Source: Lytechinus pictus (lineage: Eukaryota). Taken from it: DNA of 64,000 nucleotides. Both the position numbers and the translations under genes were made by a program. Location: NCBI RefSeq assembly GCF_037042905.1, contig NC_087252.1, positions 13,828,001 through 13,892,000 of the forward strand, given 5' to 3'. Shown in pieces: positions 63,913-64,000 of the stretch. Within the stretch, counting starts at the first letter, position 1. Every line of letters begins with the position of its first letter. The notes beneath the pieces are model-generated. The model saw nothing but the letters and a program-made list of their open reading frames with translations. It made no database searches and was not told the DNA's origin.

Positions 63913-64000
63913 GTTGCTATGACATGGTGGCAGTTAATCCCGATGTGGTGAAAAGCATATGCAACGGAATGGGCCATGATCAACTGGAAAGACTTGCGGA
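63913..64000 (+). CDS. Receptor exon 14 (partial): start of death-domain-like module 8, runs off the window
   Basis: ATAG| acceptor after a pyrimidine-rich tract, phase 1, open to the edge; GCYDMVAVNPDVVKSICNGMGHDQLERLA fits helices 1-2 of the other modules. Confidence 0.65.

Overview
Eukaryotic, AT-rich, intron- and repeat-rich DNA; the repeat landscape suggests an echinoderm, probably a sea urchin (inference). The main content is one + strand spliced gene that the ORF track shows only as fragments. By hand I joined 14 coding exons from ATG 15671 to the window edge (about 966 codons, no stop, all 13 introns GT-AG and phase 1). The product reads: signal peptide, V-type Ig domain, atypical C-type Ig domain with Thr-rich stalk, single TM helix, short linker, then at least eight divergent death-domain-like modules, one per exon, still running at 64000. 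This Ig-Ig-TM-poly-death-domain receptor is the best candidate for an undescribed system. The rest is largely transposons: a decayed L1/Tx1 LINE upstream, an L2/CR1-type LINE split by a hAT-type MITE, a complete but disabled Mag-like Gypsy element, tRNA-derived SINEs, and nested non-autonomous DNA elements with readable TIRs and TSDs. There is also a near-identical 1.8 kb tandem duplication. Domain and superfamily calls come from motifs read by eye, with no database searches.
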